From assembly GCA_028282585.1 (NCBI GenBank), contig JANQHR010000042.1, positions 1 through 46,106 of the forward strand: a stretch of 46,106 nucleotides of DNA, given 5' to 3'. The DNA comes from Bacteroidales bacterium (GTDB lineage: Bacteria > Bacteroidota > Bacteroidia > Bacteroidales > UBA12077). Below are positions 9,970-18,273 of this stretch, piece by piece (position 1 is the first letter of the stretch; each line of letters starts with the position of its first letter). Position numbers and translations under genes: made by a program. A model generated the notes under the pieces. That model was not told the DNA's origin. It worked only from the letters and a program-made list of their open reading frames with translations, and searched no databases.

Positions 9970-10938
9970 TTATTTTATTTTCATTTGAAGTAAAGGTAAT
10001 GTTTGATTTACCTTATCATCTGTTATCACTTTATTTCCAAGGTTTGGAATAACTTCTTCAAGTGTTTCCAAGTAAATTCTTCGCTTAGTTACTTCAGGCG
10101 CTTTAACATATTCTCGATAAAGATCATTAAATCTTGCTACCTCTCCCAAGGCATTATTTACACGCTCTGTTGCATAACCTTCTGCTTTCTGAATAGTTTC
10201 CTGTGCTTGCCCTCGCGCTTTAGGTATTACTTTATTATATTCAGATTTTGCTTGGTTTATAAGAGTTTCCTTTTCCTGTTGTGCTTCATTTACCGCATTA
10301 AACGCATCTTTTACAGGATTTGGCGGGTTAACATCCTGAAGAACTACCTGATCAATTTTTATTCCTAAAGAATATTCCCTGCAGATTTCTTGTGTCAACT
10401 CCTCCATCCTACTTGCAATTTCTGTTCTACCTACAGTTAAAACTTCATTAACAGTTCTATCGCCTACAATCTGGCGCATGGCAGCTTCAGAAATATCTCT
10501 AAGGGTTGTTTCGGGATTTCTTACCCTGAAAAGATAATTGTATGGATCTTCAATTCGATACTGCACAACCCACTCAACATCAGCTAAGTTTAAATCACCA
10601 GTTAACATTAAAGATTCATCCATAGTACCCGACTTGGTATATTCAGACCGCACACCTGCACTTAAAGTTCTAAATCCAAATTCAAGTTTTTGTTGTCTTT
10701 CAACAGGTACTTTAATGGCTTTTTCTATCAAAGGGAATTTAACATTTAGTCCTGATTCAACAGAACGCATGTATTTTCCGAATCTTGTAATTACTGCTAC
10801 TTCCTCTGTCTCTACCTGAAAAAAAGTTCCAAAAGATAAAATAACAAGTAAAACAATAAGTATGATTAATTTTGCATTACCAAGTATCTTCTTAAGTTCA
10901 GGCGGAAGGTTACTTTGATTGAATTGATTATTAGACAT
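9970..10938 (-). CDS. hflK: FtsH protease modulator HflK
   Basis: MLTGDLNLADVEWVVQYRI, LQDVNPPNPVKDAFNAV, IPKARGQA, APEVTKRRIYLETLE. Confidence 0.93.
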   Translation of the reverse strand: MSNNQFNQSNLPPELKKILGNAKLIILIVLLVILSFGTFFQVETEEVAVITRFGKYMRSVESGLNVKFPLIEKAIKVPVERQQKLEFGFRTLSAGVRSEYTKSGTMDESLMLTGDLNLADVEWVVQYRIEDPYNYLFRVRNPETTLRDISEAAMRQIVGDRTVNEVLTVGRTEIASRMEELTQEICREYSLGIKIDQVVLQDVNPPNPVKDAFNAVNEAQQEKETLINQAKSEYNKVIPKARGQAQETIQKAEGYATERVNNALGEVARFNDLYREYVKAPEVTKRRIYLETLEEVIPNLGNKVITDDKVNQTLPLLQMKIK

Positions 10939-11105
10939 AATTCATATTTTTATATGTGATTAAATTTATAGTGACTAAAGGTAAACATAATATTGCAATA
11001 GAAAAGAATCTCTTAATTATTATCTAAAATAACTAACAACTTGAAATGATTACGTTATCAACACACAACGCTAACAAATATTATGGTTATGTTAATTTTT
11101 CTTTA

Positions 11106-11136
11106 TTGCGGTTTTAATTTATTTTAAATAGATTTG
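11106..11136 (+). promoter_or_regulatory. Bacteroidota sigma-A promoter (-33/-7)
   Basis: TTG(11106-11108)-N20-TAGATTTG(11129-11136) upstream of the phosphorylase. Confidence 0.5.
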
Positions 11137-11221
11137 ACCTGAACTATTCATAAATATTAAAAAATATAATGTTTAAGAATACGTCAGGTTGAAGTCCTTA
11201 AAATAAAGAAAGTTGTGAACT

Positions 11222-12097
11222 ATGGAGTTTAAAGAGTCGGAATTAATAATAAATAATGATGGAAGCATTTTTCATTTGCATTTGTTACCTGATGATATTG
11301 CTGATGATATTATCCTGGTAGGTGATCCTGGCCGGGTTAAAACTGTAGCATCTTTCTTTGAGAATATTGAATTTAAAAAGGCTAATAGAGAATTTCATAC
11401 CATAACAGGCACTTACAAGAACAAACGCATATCTGTTATATCAACAGGCATTGGGACGGACAATATTGATATTGTTATAAATGAGCTTGATGCAATCGCA
11501 AATATTAATCTAAAAACCAGACGTCAAAATAAAGAACACAGAACACTAAATTTTATTAGAATTGGTACTTCCGGAGCTTTGCAAAAAGATATTCCGGTTG
11601 ACTCATTTTTAATGAGCACACGGTCTATCGGTTTTGATGGACTTTTGAATTTTTATGAGGGTAGAAATTCAGTGTCGGATGCTGATTTTGAATTTGCATT
11701 TAAATATCATGTTGACTGGAGAAGAAATTTAGCATCCCCATATGTTGTAGATGCATCAACCGATCTAATAGACAGACTAGATGATAAAAGAATTATCAAG
11801 GGCGTAACTATATCTGCACCTGGCTTTTATGGACCTCAGGGGAGAAAACTCAGATTACAAATTGCTGATCCGGAGATTAACGATAAAATAGAATCATTTG
11901 AATTAAATAGGCAAAAAATAACAAATTATGAGATGGAGAGTTCTGCAATATTCGGATTATCAAAGCTGTTAGGGCATAATGCAATAACTTTATGCGCCAT
12001 TATTGCGAATAGAAGAAGAGGAGAATATAGTAAAGATTATAAACCCATTATAAAAGAATTAATAAAATTAGTATTAGATAAATTAACGAAAATCTAA
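11222..12097 (+). CDS. udp: Nucleoside (uridine) phosphorylase, PNP_UDP_1 family
   Basis: LVGDPGRV, REF, STGIGTDNIDI, RIGTSG, GFYGPQGR, NYEMESS. Confidence 0.88.
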   Translation: MEFKESELIINNDGSIFHLHLLPDDIADDIILVGDPGRVKTVASFFENIEFKKANREFHTITGTYKNKRISVISTGIGTDNIDIVINELDAIANINLKTRRQNKEHRTLNFIRIGTSGALQKDIPVDSFLMSTRSIGFDGLLNFYEGRNSVSDADFEFAFKYHVDWRRNLASPYVVDASTDLIDRLDDKRIIKGVTISAPGFYGPQGRKLRLQIADPEINDKIESFELNRQKITNYEMESSAIFGLSKLLGHNAITLCAIIANRRRGEYSKDYKPIIKELIKLVLDKLTKI

Positions 12098-12116
12098 TTT
12101 GAAATATAAAATATTA

Positions 12117-12158
12117 ATTGAATAATGAACAAGGATTGTTGATTATTCAATTAAGAAG
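12117..12158 (+). repeat. Degenerate 7-bp tandem array, left arm of four-helix cassette 1
   Basis: ATTGAAT AATGAAC AAGGATT GTTGATT ATTCAAT TAAGAAG. Confidence 0.45.
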
Positions 12159-12164
12159 TAATAA

Positions 12165-12542
12165 ATGGATAAACATAACTTAGAAGAAAGATTAATTAAC
12201 TTTGCAGTTCTAATTATTGAATTAATAAATGAAATGCCTGCAAGTAAAGCTGGTAATCACTTATCAGGACAATTAGTACGTTCTGGAACATCTCCAGCTT
12301 TAAATTATGGTAAAGCCCAAAGTGGTGAGTCTTGAAAAGACTTTGTTCATAAAATCAAAATTGTATTAAAAGAATTAAGAGAAAGTTATAATTGTTTAAG
12401 AATAATATACAAATCGAGACTGTATAAATCAGAAGGTAAGGTTAATAAAGCAATAAAGGAAAATAATGAATTAATTTCCCTTTTTGTAAAAAGCGTTGAA
12501 ACAGCTCAAAAAAATATGCAAAATAAAAATCGAAAATCTTAA
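12165..12542 (+). pseudogene. Four helix bundle protein (23S rRNA IVP family) with an in-frame TGA
   Basis: Hand translation MDKHNLEERLINFAVLII...HLSGQLVRSGTSPALNYGKAQSGES*KDFVHKIKIVLKELRESYNCLRII...NNELISLFVKSVETAQKN; TGA at 12333-12335 (codon 57), and the same frame continues to TAA at 12540-12542. Confidence 0.88.
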
Positions 12543-12553
12543 TTCGTTAATTA

Positions 12554-12572
12554 CTGCCTTGCCGTCAGGCAG
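12554..12572. repeat. GC-rich REP-like palindrome
   Basis: CTGCCT-TGCCGTC-AGGCAG in very AT-rich context; resembles the CCTGCCTGCCGGCAGGCAGG palindrome I recall as dispersed in Bacteroidota genomes. Confidence 0.6.
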
Positions 12573-12604
12573 GCTTGTTGTTAAATCGATGAGAATTAAT
12601 ATAA

Positions 12605-13468
12605 GTGGAAAAAGACAAAAAAATAAGCGCTCTGTTAAAGCTATTAGATGATCCTAATAATGAAGTTTACAAGCATGTTTCTGAAAATTTATTGAAACAA
12701 GGAGAAGATATTATACCAGAACTTGAAAAAGTGTGGGAGAAATCATTAAATGCGATTCTTCAAGAGAGAATTGAAAATTTAATACAAGAAATTCAGTTTA
12801 CTTCAACTCAGAATCAGTTAAAAGATTGGAAAGAAACCGGTGCTGTCGATTTATTAAAAGCTTCTTATTTAATCGCTAAATATCAATATCCAGATTTAAA
12901 ATATAATGAAATTCTAAAAGCATTTGATAAGATCAAACAGGACGCATGGCTGGAAATAAATAGTAATTTAACCGCTCTTGAAAAAACCAGGGTACTGAAT
13001 CATATATTATTTCAAATACATGAGTTTTCAGGAAATAGCTCAAACTTCTTTGCACCTCAGAATTCCTTTATAAACCATGTATTTGAAACTAAAAAAGGAA
13101 ATCCAATTACGTTAGGAATTTTGTATATATCATTAGCGCAAGAACTTGGAATTCCAATCTATGGAGTTAGTATTCCGCGAAATTTTATTTTAGCTTACGT
13201 AGACGAACATAATATTGATGATCTTTACGAGAAAGATGTTCTGTTCTATATCAATCCTTATAATAATGGTAAAGTACTTGGTGAAAGAGAAATAGAGTAT
13301 TTCTTAAAGCAACAAAAAATTGAACCTAAAAAAACTTATTATTATCCATGTTCAAATATTGAAATTATTAAAAAATTAATTCTAAATTTAATATATTCGT
13401 ACGAAAAATTGGGATACCCTGAGAAGGTGGCAAACATGAAGATCTTATTTAACATTGTTTCAGCATAA
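12605..13468 (+). CDS. SirB1-like / transglutaminase-like (Transglut_core2) domain protein
   Basis: ALLKLLDDP, NSFINHVFETKKGNPITLGILY..AQELGIPIYGVSIPRNFIL, FYINPYNNG; GTG start. Confidence 0.8.
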   Translation: MEKDKKISALLKLLDDPNNEVYKHVSENLLKQGEDIIPELEKVWEKSLNAILQERIENLIQEIQFTSTQNQLKDWKETGAVDLLKASYLIAKYQYPDLKYNEILKAFDKIKQDAWLEINSNLTALEKTRVLNHILFQIHEFSGNSSNFFAPQNSFINHVFETKKGNPITLGILYISLAQELGIPIYGVSIPRNFILAYVDEHNIDDLYEKDVLFYINPYNNGKVLGEREIEYFLKQQKIEPKKTYYYPCSNIEIIKKLILNLIYSYEKLGYPEKVANMKILFNIVSA

Positions 13469-13510
13469 GATGTACGGTGTGTGGTGTACGGTATGGGATG
13501 TGTGGTTAAT
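13469..13510 (+). repeat. 7-bp tandem array, left arm of four-helix cassette 2
   Basis: GATGTAC GGTGTGT GGTGTAC GGTATGG GATGTGT GGTTAAT, starting at the first base after the upstream stop codon. Confidence 0.75.
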
Positions 13511-13541
13511 AGAAGACCAAGCTTAAAAGTTATATGAGAAT

Positions 13542-13916
13542 ATGGGGGATTTTAGAAAGCTAAAAGTGTTGCAAGAATCAATGGACTTATGTGAAGAAGT
13601 GTATTTACTCACTCAAAACGAGAAATACTCAAAAGATTTTGAATTACCTGAACAAACCAGAAAATCAAGTCTCAGTATACCAAGTAATATTGCAGAAGGT
13701 GAAGAATCCAGTTCAAATAAACAAAGCATTAGATATTTTAACATTGCAAAAGCGTCTTGTGCTGAATTACAAACGCAACTAATTATAGCATATCGCTTAA
13801 AATATATTGGCAAAAATGAATTTTTACCACTGGAAGACTTGTCTAAAAAGGTTTTATCAATGTTATATAACTTAATAAAATCAAGATCTGAAAATTTAAA
13901 TACGGTTGGTTTTTAA
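13542..13916 (+). CDS. Four helix bundle protein (23S rRNA IVP family)
   Basis: FRKLKV.Q.SMDL...VY, QTRKSSLSIPSNIAEG, YFNIAKASCAELQTQLIIA..L.YI. Confidence 0.92.
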   Translation: MGDFRKLKVLQESMDLCEEVYLLTQNEKYSKDFELPEQTRKSSLSIPSNIAEGEESSSNKQSIRYFNIAKASCAELQTQLIIAYRLKYIGKNEFLPLEDLSKKVLSMLYNLIKSRSENLNTVGF

Positions 13917-13919
13917 CTG

Positions 13920-13955
13920 TAAACCATAAACCTTGTAACTTTATAACGTAAACCT
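13920..13955 (+). repeat. Degenerate 7-bp array, right arm of four-helix cassette 2 (inverted relative to the left arm)
   Basis: TAAACCA TAAACCT TGTAACT TTATAACG TAAACCT; the reverse complement TGGTTTA matches left-arm TGGTGTA at 6/7. Confidence 0.6.
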
Positions 13956-13991
13956 CAAAAAAAGAACATTAAACTTAAAATTAAATAGAAA

Positions 13992-14963
13992 ATGACAACG
14001 GAGAGAAAAAATGATGAAATAGATTTGATTGAAGTATTTCAGAAGATCGGAGATGCAATAAAGAACCTGTTTATTTGGTTTTTCAACTTGTTATACAAAA
14101 TACTTTTGTTTTTCATAAGAAAAGCAATTTTGATTATTATTATTATTATTATATTTCTATCATTTGGTTATTATAAATATAAAACATCTCCTCGTTATTA
14201 CTCATCAAGTATAGAAGCATATTCAAATGCAATTTCCAGCATTGATATGATTAACTATGTTAATAATATTTACGAACTTTTTAAAACAAATAATACAGAA
14301 GAACTTCAGTCCAAGTTAAATATTGAACAAAAAGAACTGGAAAAAATTAGAAGTGTAAAAGCCTACAAGGTAATCGATTTGAACAAAGATGGCGTAACAG
14401 ATATTATTGACTATCATGAAAAGTATACAACTTCGGACACTTTAGTTTCAGAAAACAGATTCGTCGTGAAAGTGGAAGTATATGACCCTGCAATATTCCC
14501 AATTATACAATCAAGTATCCTTTCGTATATAGATAAAAACAATTATATTAACGAATTAAATGTTATTAGAAAAAAACAGCTTAATGAACTAATAACAAAA
14601 TTAAACGAAGAAATAAATTCTTTAGATAGTTTAAAAAAGACCGAGTATTTTGAGAGTAAAAGCAAACTCGAACCTCAAAAAGGCCAGTTATTGGTTATGA
14701 ACGAAAAGGAAACTCAGTTATATCATAATCAAATTATTCAACTATATAGACAAAAACAAGACTTAGAAAAACAGTTGGAGTTAAATACGGAACCAATTAC
14801 TGTTATTCAGGATTTTTCTGCACTATCAACAGTTGAAAATAATCTAATGACTTATGTAAAGCGTTACGGATTTATTGGGTTAACTATAAGTATTTTATTA
14901 AGTTTTATTATAGAAAAAAGAAGAGAAATTTTAAAGGTAATATCTGATTCCAGAAATAAATAA
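13992..14963 (+). CDS. wzz: Wzz-like polysaccharide chain-length determinant
   Basis: DEIDLIEVF N-terminus, two terminal TM helices, central coiled coil. Confidence 0.65.
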   Translation: MTTERKNDEIDLIEVFQKIGDAIKNLFIWFFNLLYKILLFFIRKAILIIIIIIIFLSFGYYKYKTSPRYYSSSIEAYSNAISSIDMINYVNNIYELFKTNNTEELQSKLNIEQKELEKIRSVKAYKVIDLNKDGVTDIIDYHEKYTTSDTLVSENRFVVKVEVYDPAIFPIIQSSILSYIDKNNYINELNVIRKKQLNELITKLNEEINSLDSLKKTEYFESKSKLEPQKGQLLVMNEKETQLYHNQIIQLYRQKQDLEKQLELNTEPITVIQDFSALSTVENNLMTYVKRYGFIGLTISILLSFIIEKRREILKVISDSRNK

Positions 14964-15003
14964 GAACTTATTTTAAATAAACATTAAACGTGAAGGTTGT
15001 TCT

Positions 15004-16305
15004 TCACGTTTTTTTATTTACATGGAGCTCTTGTGTGATATTATATTTAGCATATAGTAGACTATAAAAGAAAGCAAAAAAGGAAACTCCAGCAATTGAA
15101 TTAAGCATAACTTCAAAAAAGAAATTTACAAACATTATTAATAAAAAAAAGAAAAATAGAAACTGTTTTCTTTTGATTGATATCATTAGTGCATACACCA
15201 TCCATGAAGTAAAAATAATCAGCCCAAATATTCCAAATTTAATAGCAATATCTAAAAATTGGTTATGCACATTATAATTATGTTCAGAAGCCAATTTTAG
15301 GTCATATTTTTCATATTTCTTCTCTAACTCTGCATCTATATCTCCAGTTCCTACTCCAAACCAGAAATTTTCCTTAAACACCTCTATTCCTGATTTCCAG
15401 AGCCACAATCTCATATCAGAATTTTGATTCAACCCCTCACCTTCAGCTAATTGCATTGAATCTCTAACGTTTTGTTTCAATTTCTTATTTGAAAAGACAA
15501 TAATAGATAGAGTTACTCCCAACAAAATTAAAAGTAAACTAATCCAATATTTTTTATACTTTAAAATCAAATCTACAATAAAAATAATAAATCCAATTAG
15601 ATAAGTTAAATAAGCTGCACGACTTCCAAGTAACCATAAAAAAATCGTAAAATAAGTGACTAAAACATAAAAAAAAACTTTATGTCCTTTCCTTACTCGA
15701 ATTAAATATATAACTAAAACTATTGAGAATAAAATATAAATTGAAAAATAACTGGGGTGATGAAAAACACTTAGCATATCATATGAAAAAAAACTTCCAC
15801 GTTCATTAATAAGTTGAATAAAATTTAAATCCTTTAGTTCAGGCCAATAAGAAGGTTCAAATATTAAAATTCCAAACTTATTAATGCTAAAACTATAAAA
15901 AAAAGCAATAAATAAACAAATTAAACTTGCGAGAAGATTTGCGCCAACAAATAATTTAAATAATAAAATATATCTTTGTTTTACTTTATCAGTTAAGAAT
16001 ACTGCAATAAGAGGGATAAATAGTAGAGACAATCTCACTTCAATATTAAATATACCTTTATTAAAATTTTTAGAGTATAATAATCCAAATACATGCATAA
16101 CATAAACAATTAACGGCATCATCAATAAAATAAGAGATCTGTAATTGAGATTTTTACTTTTTTTAACTACAAAAACTCCTGAAGTTACCCATAAGAACAT
16201 TACATAGGGTTGATATTCTTTAGTAAAAGGTATTGCTATAACACAAATTATAAATACTAAATATTGAAAATCTTTGAGATTGTATTTCCGAGTTAATTTT
16301 AGCAT
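15004..16305 (-). CDS. O-antigen ligase family (Wzy_C domain) membrane protein
   Basis: Polytopic; SRAA, R..LWKSG..VFKEN.WFGVGTG, NVHNQFLD...FGIFG. Confidence 0.85.
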   Translation of the reverse strand: MLKLTRKYNLKDFQYLVFIICVIAIPFTKEYQPYVMFLWVTSGVFVVKKSKNLNYRSLILLMMPLIVYVMHVFGLLYSKNFNKGIFNIEVRLSLLFIPLIAVFLTDKVKQRYILLFKLFVGANLLASLICLFIAFFYSFSINKFGILIFEPSYWPELKDLNFIQLINERGSFFSYDMLSVFHHPSYFSIYILFSIVLVIYLIRVRKGHKVFFYVLVTYFTIFLWLLGSRAAYLTYLIGFIIFIVDLILKYKKYWISLLLILLGVTLSIIVFSNKKLKQNVRDSMQLAEGEGLNQNSDMRLWLWKSGIEVFKENFWFGVGTGDIDAELEKKYEKYDLKLASEHNYNVHNQFLDIAIKFGIFGLIIFTSWMVYALMISIKRKQFLFFFFLLIMFVNFFFEVMLNSIAGVSFFAFFYSLLYAKYNITQELHVNKKT

Positions 16306-16380
16306 AGTTGTTTCTAATTTTGCTTCTAATCAATTTTGACAAAATGAAATATTATATTTAAAACAATAATTAATTTCATA

Positions 16381-16974
16381 TTATCGGCGAAAAAAGCTTA
16401 TAAAAGTTAATACGATTATTTTTAGATAATTTCTTATGTTTTGATTATTAATATATTGAAGATTTAATTTCAGTTTATAAGGCATAATAACATTAATGTA
16501 GTAATTTTCAGGATTTATCTCTTTTTCAAGGATTCTATTTTCCTCTCTAAATTCGATAGAAGCATAATCAGTAATACCTGGTTTTACATTTAAAATTTTA
16601 AACTGTATTTTGTCATAAAGATTAACATATTTCCTTACTTCTGGTCTCGGTCCAACTATACTCATTTCGCCTTTAATAACATTAAATAATTGAGGCAGCT
16701 CGTCAATCTTATACTTCCTTATAATACGCCCAACTCTTGTAATTCTTGGATCGCAATTCCCAATAGTTATGAATCCTCTTACTTCGGAATTTAAAAACAT
16801 TGATCTAAATTTAAGAAGTTTGAAATCTTTATTATCCTTACCTACTCTATTTTGCACATATATAACAGGACCTCCACTTTCAATAAAAATTAATAAACTA
16901 ACAATCAATAATATTGGCGCAAAGAAAATTACTCCAACAAAAGAAAGAAATATATCTAACAACCTTATAATCAT
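16381..16974 (-). CDS. Undecaprenyl-phosphate sugar-1-phosphate transferase (Bac_transf, monotopic PGT)
   Basis: RLLDI, KFRSM, DPRITRVG, DELPQLFNVIKGEMSIVGPRPE, VKPGIT. Confidence 0.92.
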   Translation of the reverse strand: MIIRLLDIFLSFVGVIFFAPILLIVSLLIFIESGGPVIYVQNRVGKDNKDFKLLKFRSMFLNSEVRGFITIGNCDPRITRVGRIIRKYKIDELPQLFNVIKGEMSIVGPRPEVRKYVNLYDKIQFKILNVKPGITDYASIEFREENRILEKEINPENYYINVIMPYKLKLNLQYINNQNIRNYLKIIVLTFISFFRR

Positions 16975-18188
16975 TCCGACAAAACTGCTTCTACAGAATA
17001 AATCAATGCATTTAAAACTTCATCTATTTGCTCATCAGTTAAATCATAATATGCTGGTAATGTTATTTCTCGAGAATATACATCATAAGCAACTGGAAAT
17101 TTTTCTGTTTTATAACCCAATTGTTTATAATAACTTAAAGATGATAATGGTATAAAATGTACATTAACTGAAATATCTTTCTCAAAGATTTTTTGAATAA
17201 TTTGATCTCTAACTTCTTCTGTAATTCCTTTTATTCTAAGCATAAAAATATGATATGAAGAAATACGATCATTTTTCTCATAAACAGGTAACTCCGCCCA
17301 TTTAAATTTTTTTAGAACCTGAGAATATTTATTAAATATTTTTCTAAACTTAACCAAAGTATCATTTTCATATCTATCAATTTCAATTAATCCTATAGAA
17401 GCCAAAACGTCAGTCATGTTAGCTTTATAACCAGCTTCTATAACATCATATTTCCATTTACCACCAATACTCTTTGATAGTGCATCTTTAGTTTGTCCAT
17501 GTAGTGCAATTACATTGAAATAATCGTACAAATCATCATTATTAAAAGGTTTTGGCATATTAAAGGTAATTGCTCCACCTTCGCCAGTAGTCAGATTCTT
17601 TACCGCATGAAATGAAAAGACAGAAATATCTGTTAAGCTACCTGCTTTTTTATTATAATATACAGCTCCCATGGAATGAGCTGAATCGGATAAAATTAAT
17701 ATTCTTCCTAATTTTTTCTGGGCTTCAGTCACTGGAATAAATAAATTATTAACATCATCACGCGTGACCAGATCATTAATTCCATTGTAATCACAAGGCA
17801 TACCTCCAATATCAACAGGAACAATCACTTTCGTCCTAGAAGTAATAGCCTTTTCAATCTCTTTAATAGAAATTGTAAAGTCATCTTTGTTAATATCTAC
17901 AAAAATGGGGGTTGCTCCTGTGTGAACAACGACATTAGCAGTTGCACAATATGTATATACAGGTATAATAACTTCATCTCCTAGCCCAACTCCAAACCAT
18001 TTCAAGACTAATTCTAATCCAGCTGTAGCAGAGTTTACACATAGACTACGTTTACATCCGCAAAATTCTGTTATTTTCTTTTCAAACAATTTGGTTTTTG
18101 GACCTGTAGTTATCCAACCTGACTTTAAAGTATTTATTACTTCTTGAATAATCTTATCATCAATCCTTGGAGGTGAAAATGGTATCAT
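16971..18188 (-). CDS. DegT/DnrJ/EryC1/StrS PLP-dependent NDP-sugar aminotransferase
   Basis: MIPFSPP, SGWITTGP, SDSAHS, FSFHAVKNLTTGEGG. ATG at 18188 preferred over TTG at 18194. Confidence 0.92.
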   Translation of the reverse strand: MIPFSPPRIDDKIIQEVINTLKSGWITTGPKTKLFEKKITEFCGCKRSLCVNSATAGLELVLKWFGVGLGDEVIIPVYTYCATANVVVHTGATPIFVDINKDDFTISIKEIEKAITSRTKVIVPVDIGGMPCDYNGINDLVTRDDVNNLFIPVTEAQKKLGRILILSDSAHSMGAVYYNKKAGSLTDISVFSFHAVKNLTTGEGGAITFNMPKPFNNDDLYDYFNVIALHGQTKDALSKSIGGKWKYDVIEAGYKANMTDVLASIGLIEIDRYENDTLVKFRKIFNKYSQVLKKFKWAELPVYEKNDRISSYHIFMLRIKGITEEVRDQIIQKIFEKDISVNVHFIPLSSLSYYKQLGYKTEKFPVAYDVYSREITLPAYYDLTDEQIDEVLNALIYSVEAVLSE

Positions 18189-18273
18189 AATCAATAGTTC
18201 AAATTTTAAATTATAAAAATAAACAAAAAATAGAAATACTGGAATTTTGTATAACGTGCCTTAACTATAAATA

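Noticed and set aside
12333-12335. Selenocysteine or alternative genetic code reading of the in-frame TGA
   Set aside because: The position corresponds to Arg rather than Cys in the family, and TGA is a normal stop elsewhere in the window (several ATGA overlaps)
13469-13510. CRISPR array
   Set aside because: Units are 7 bp with no spacers, and there are no cas genes
12165-13916. Diversity-generating retroelement suggested by Avd-like proteins
   Set aside because: No reverse transcriptase and no TR/VR pair differing at adenines was seen
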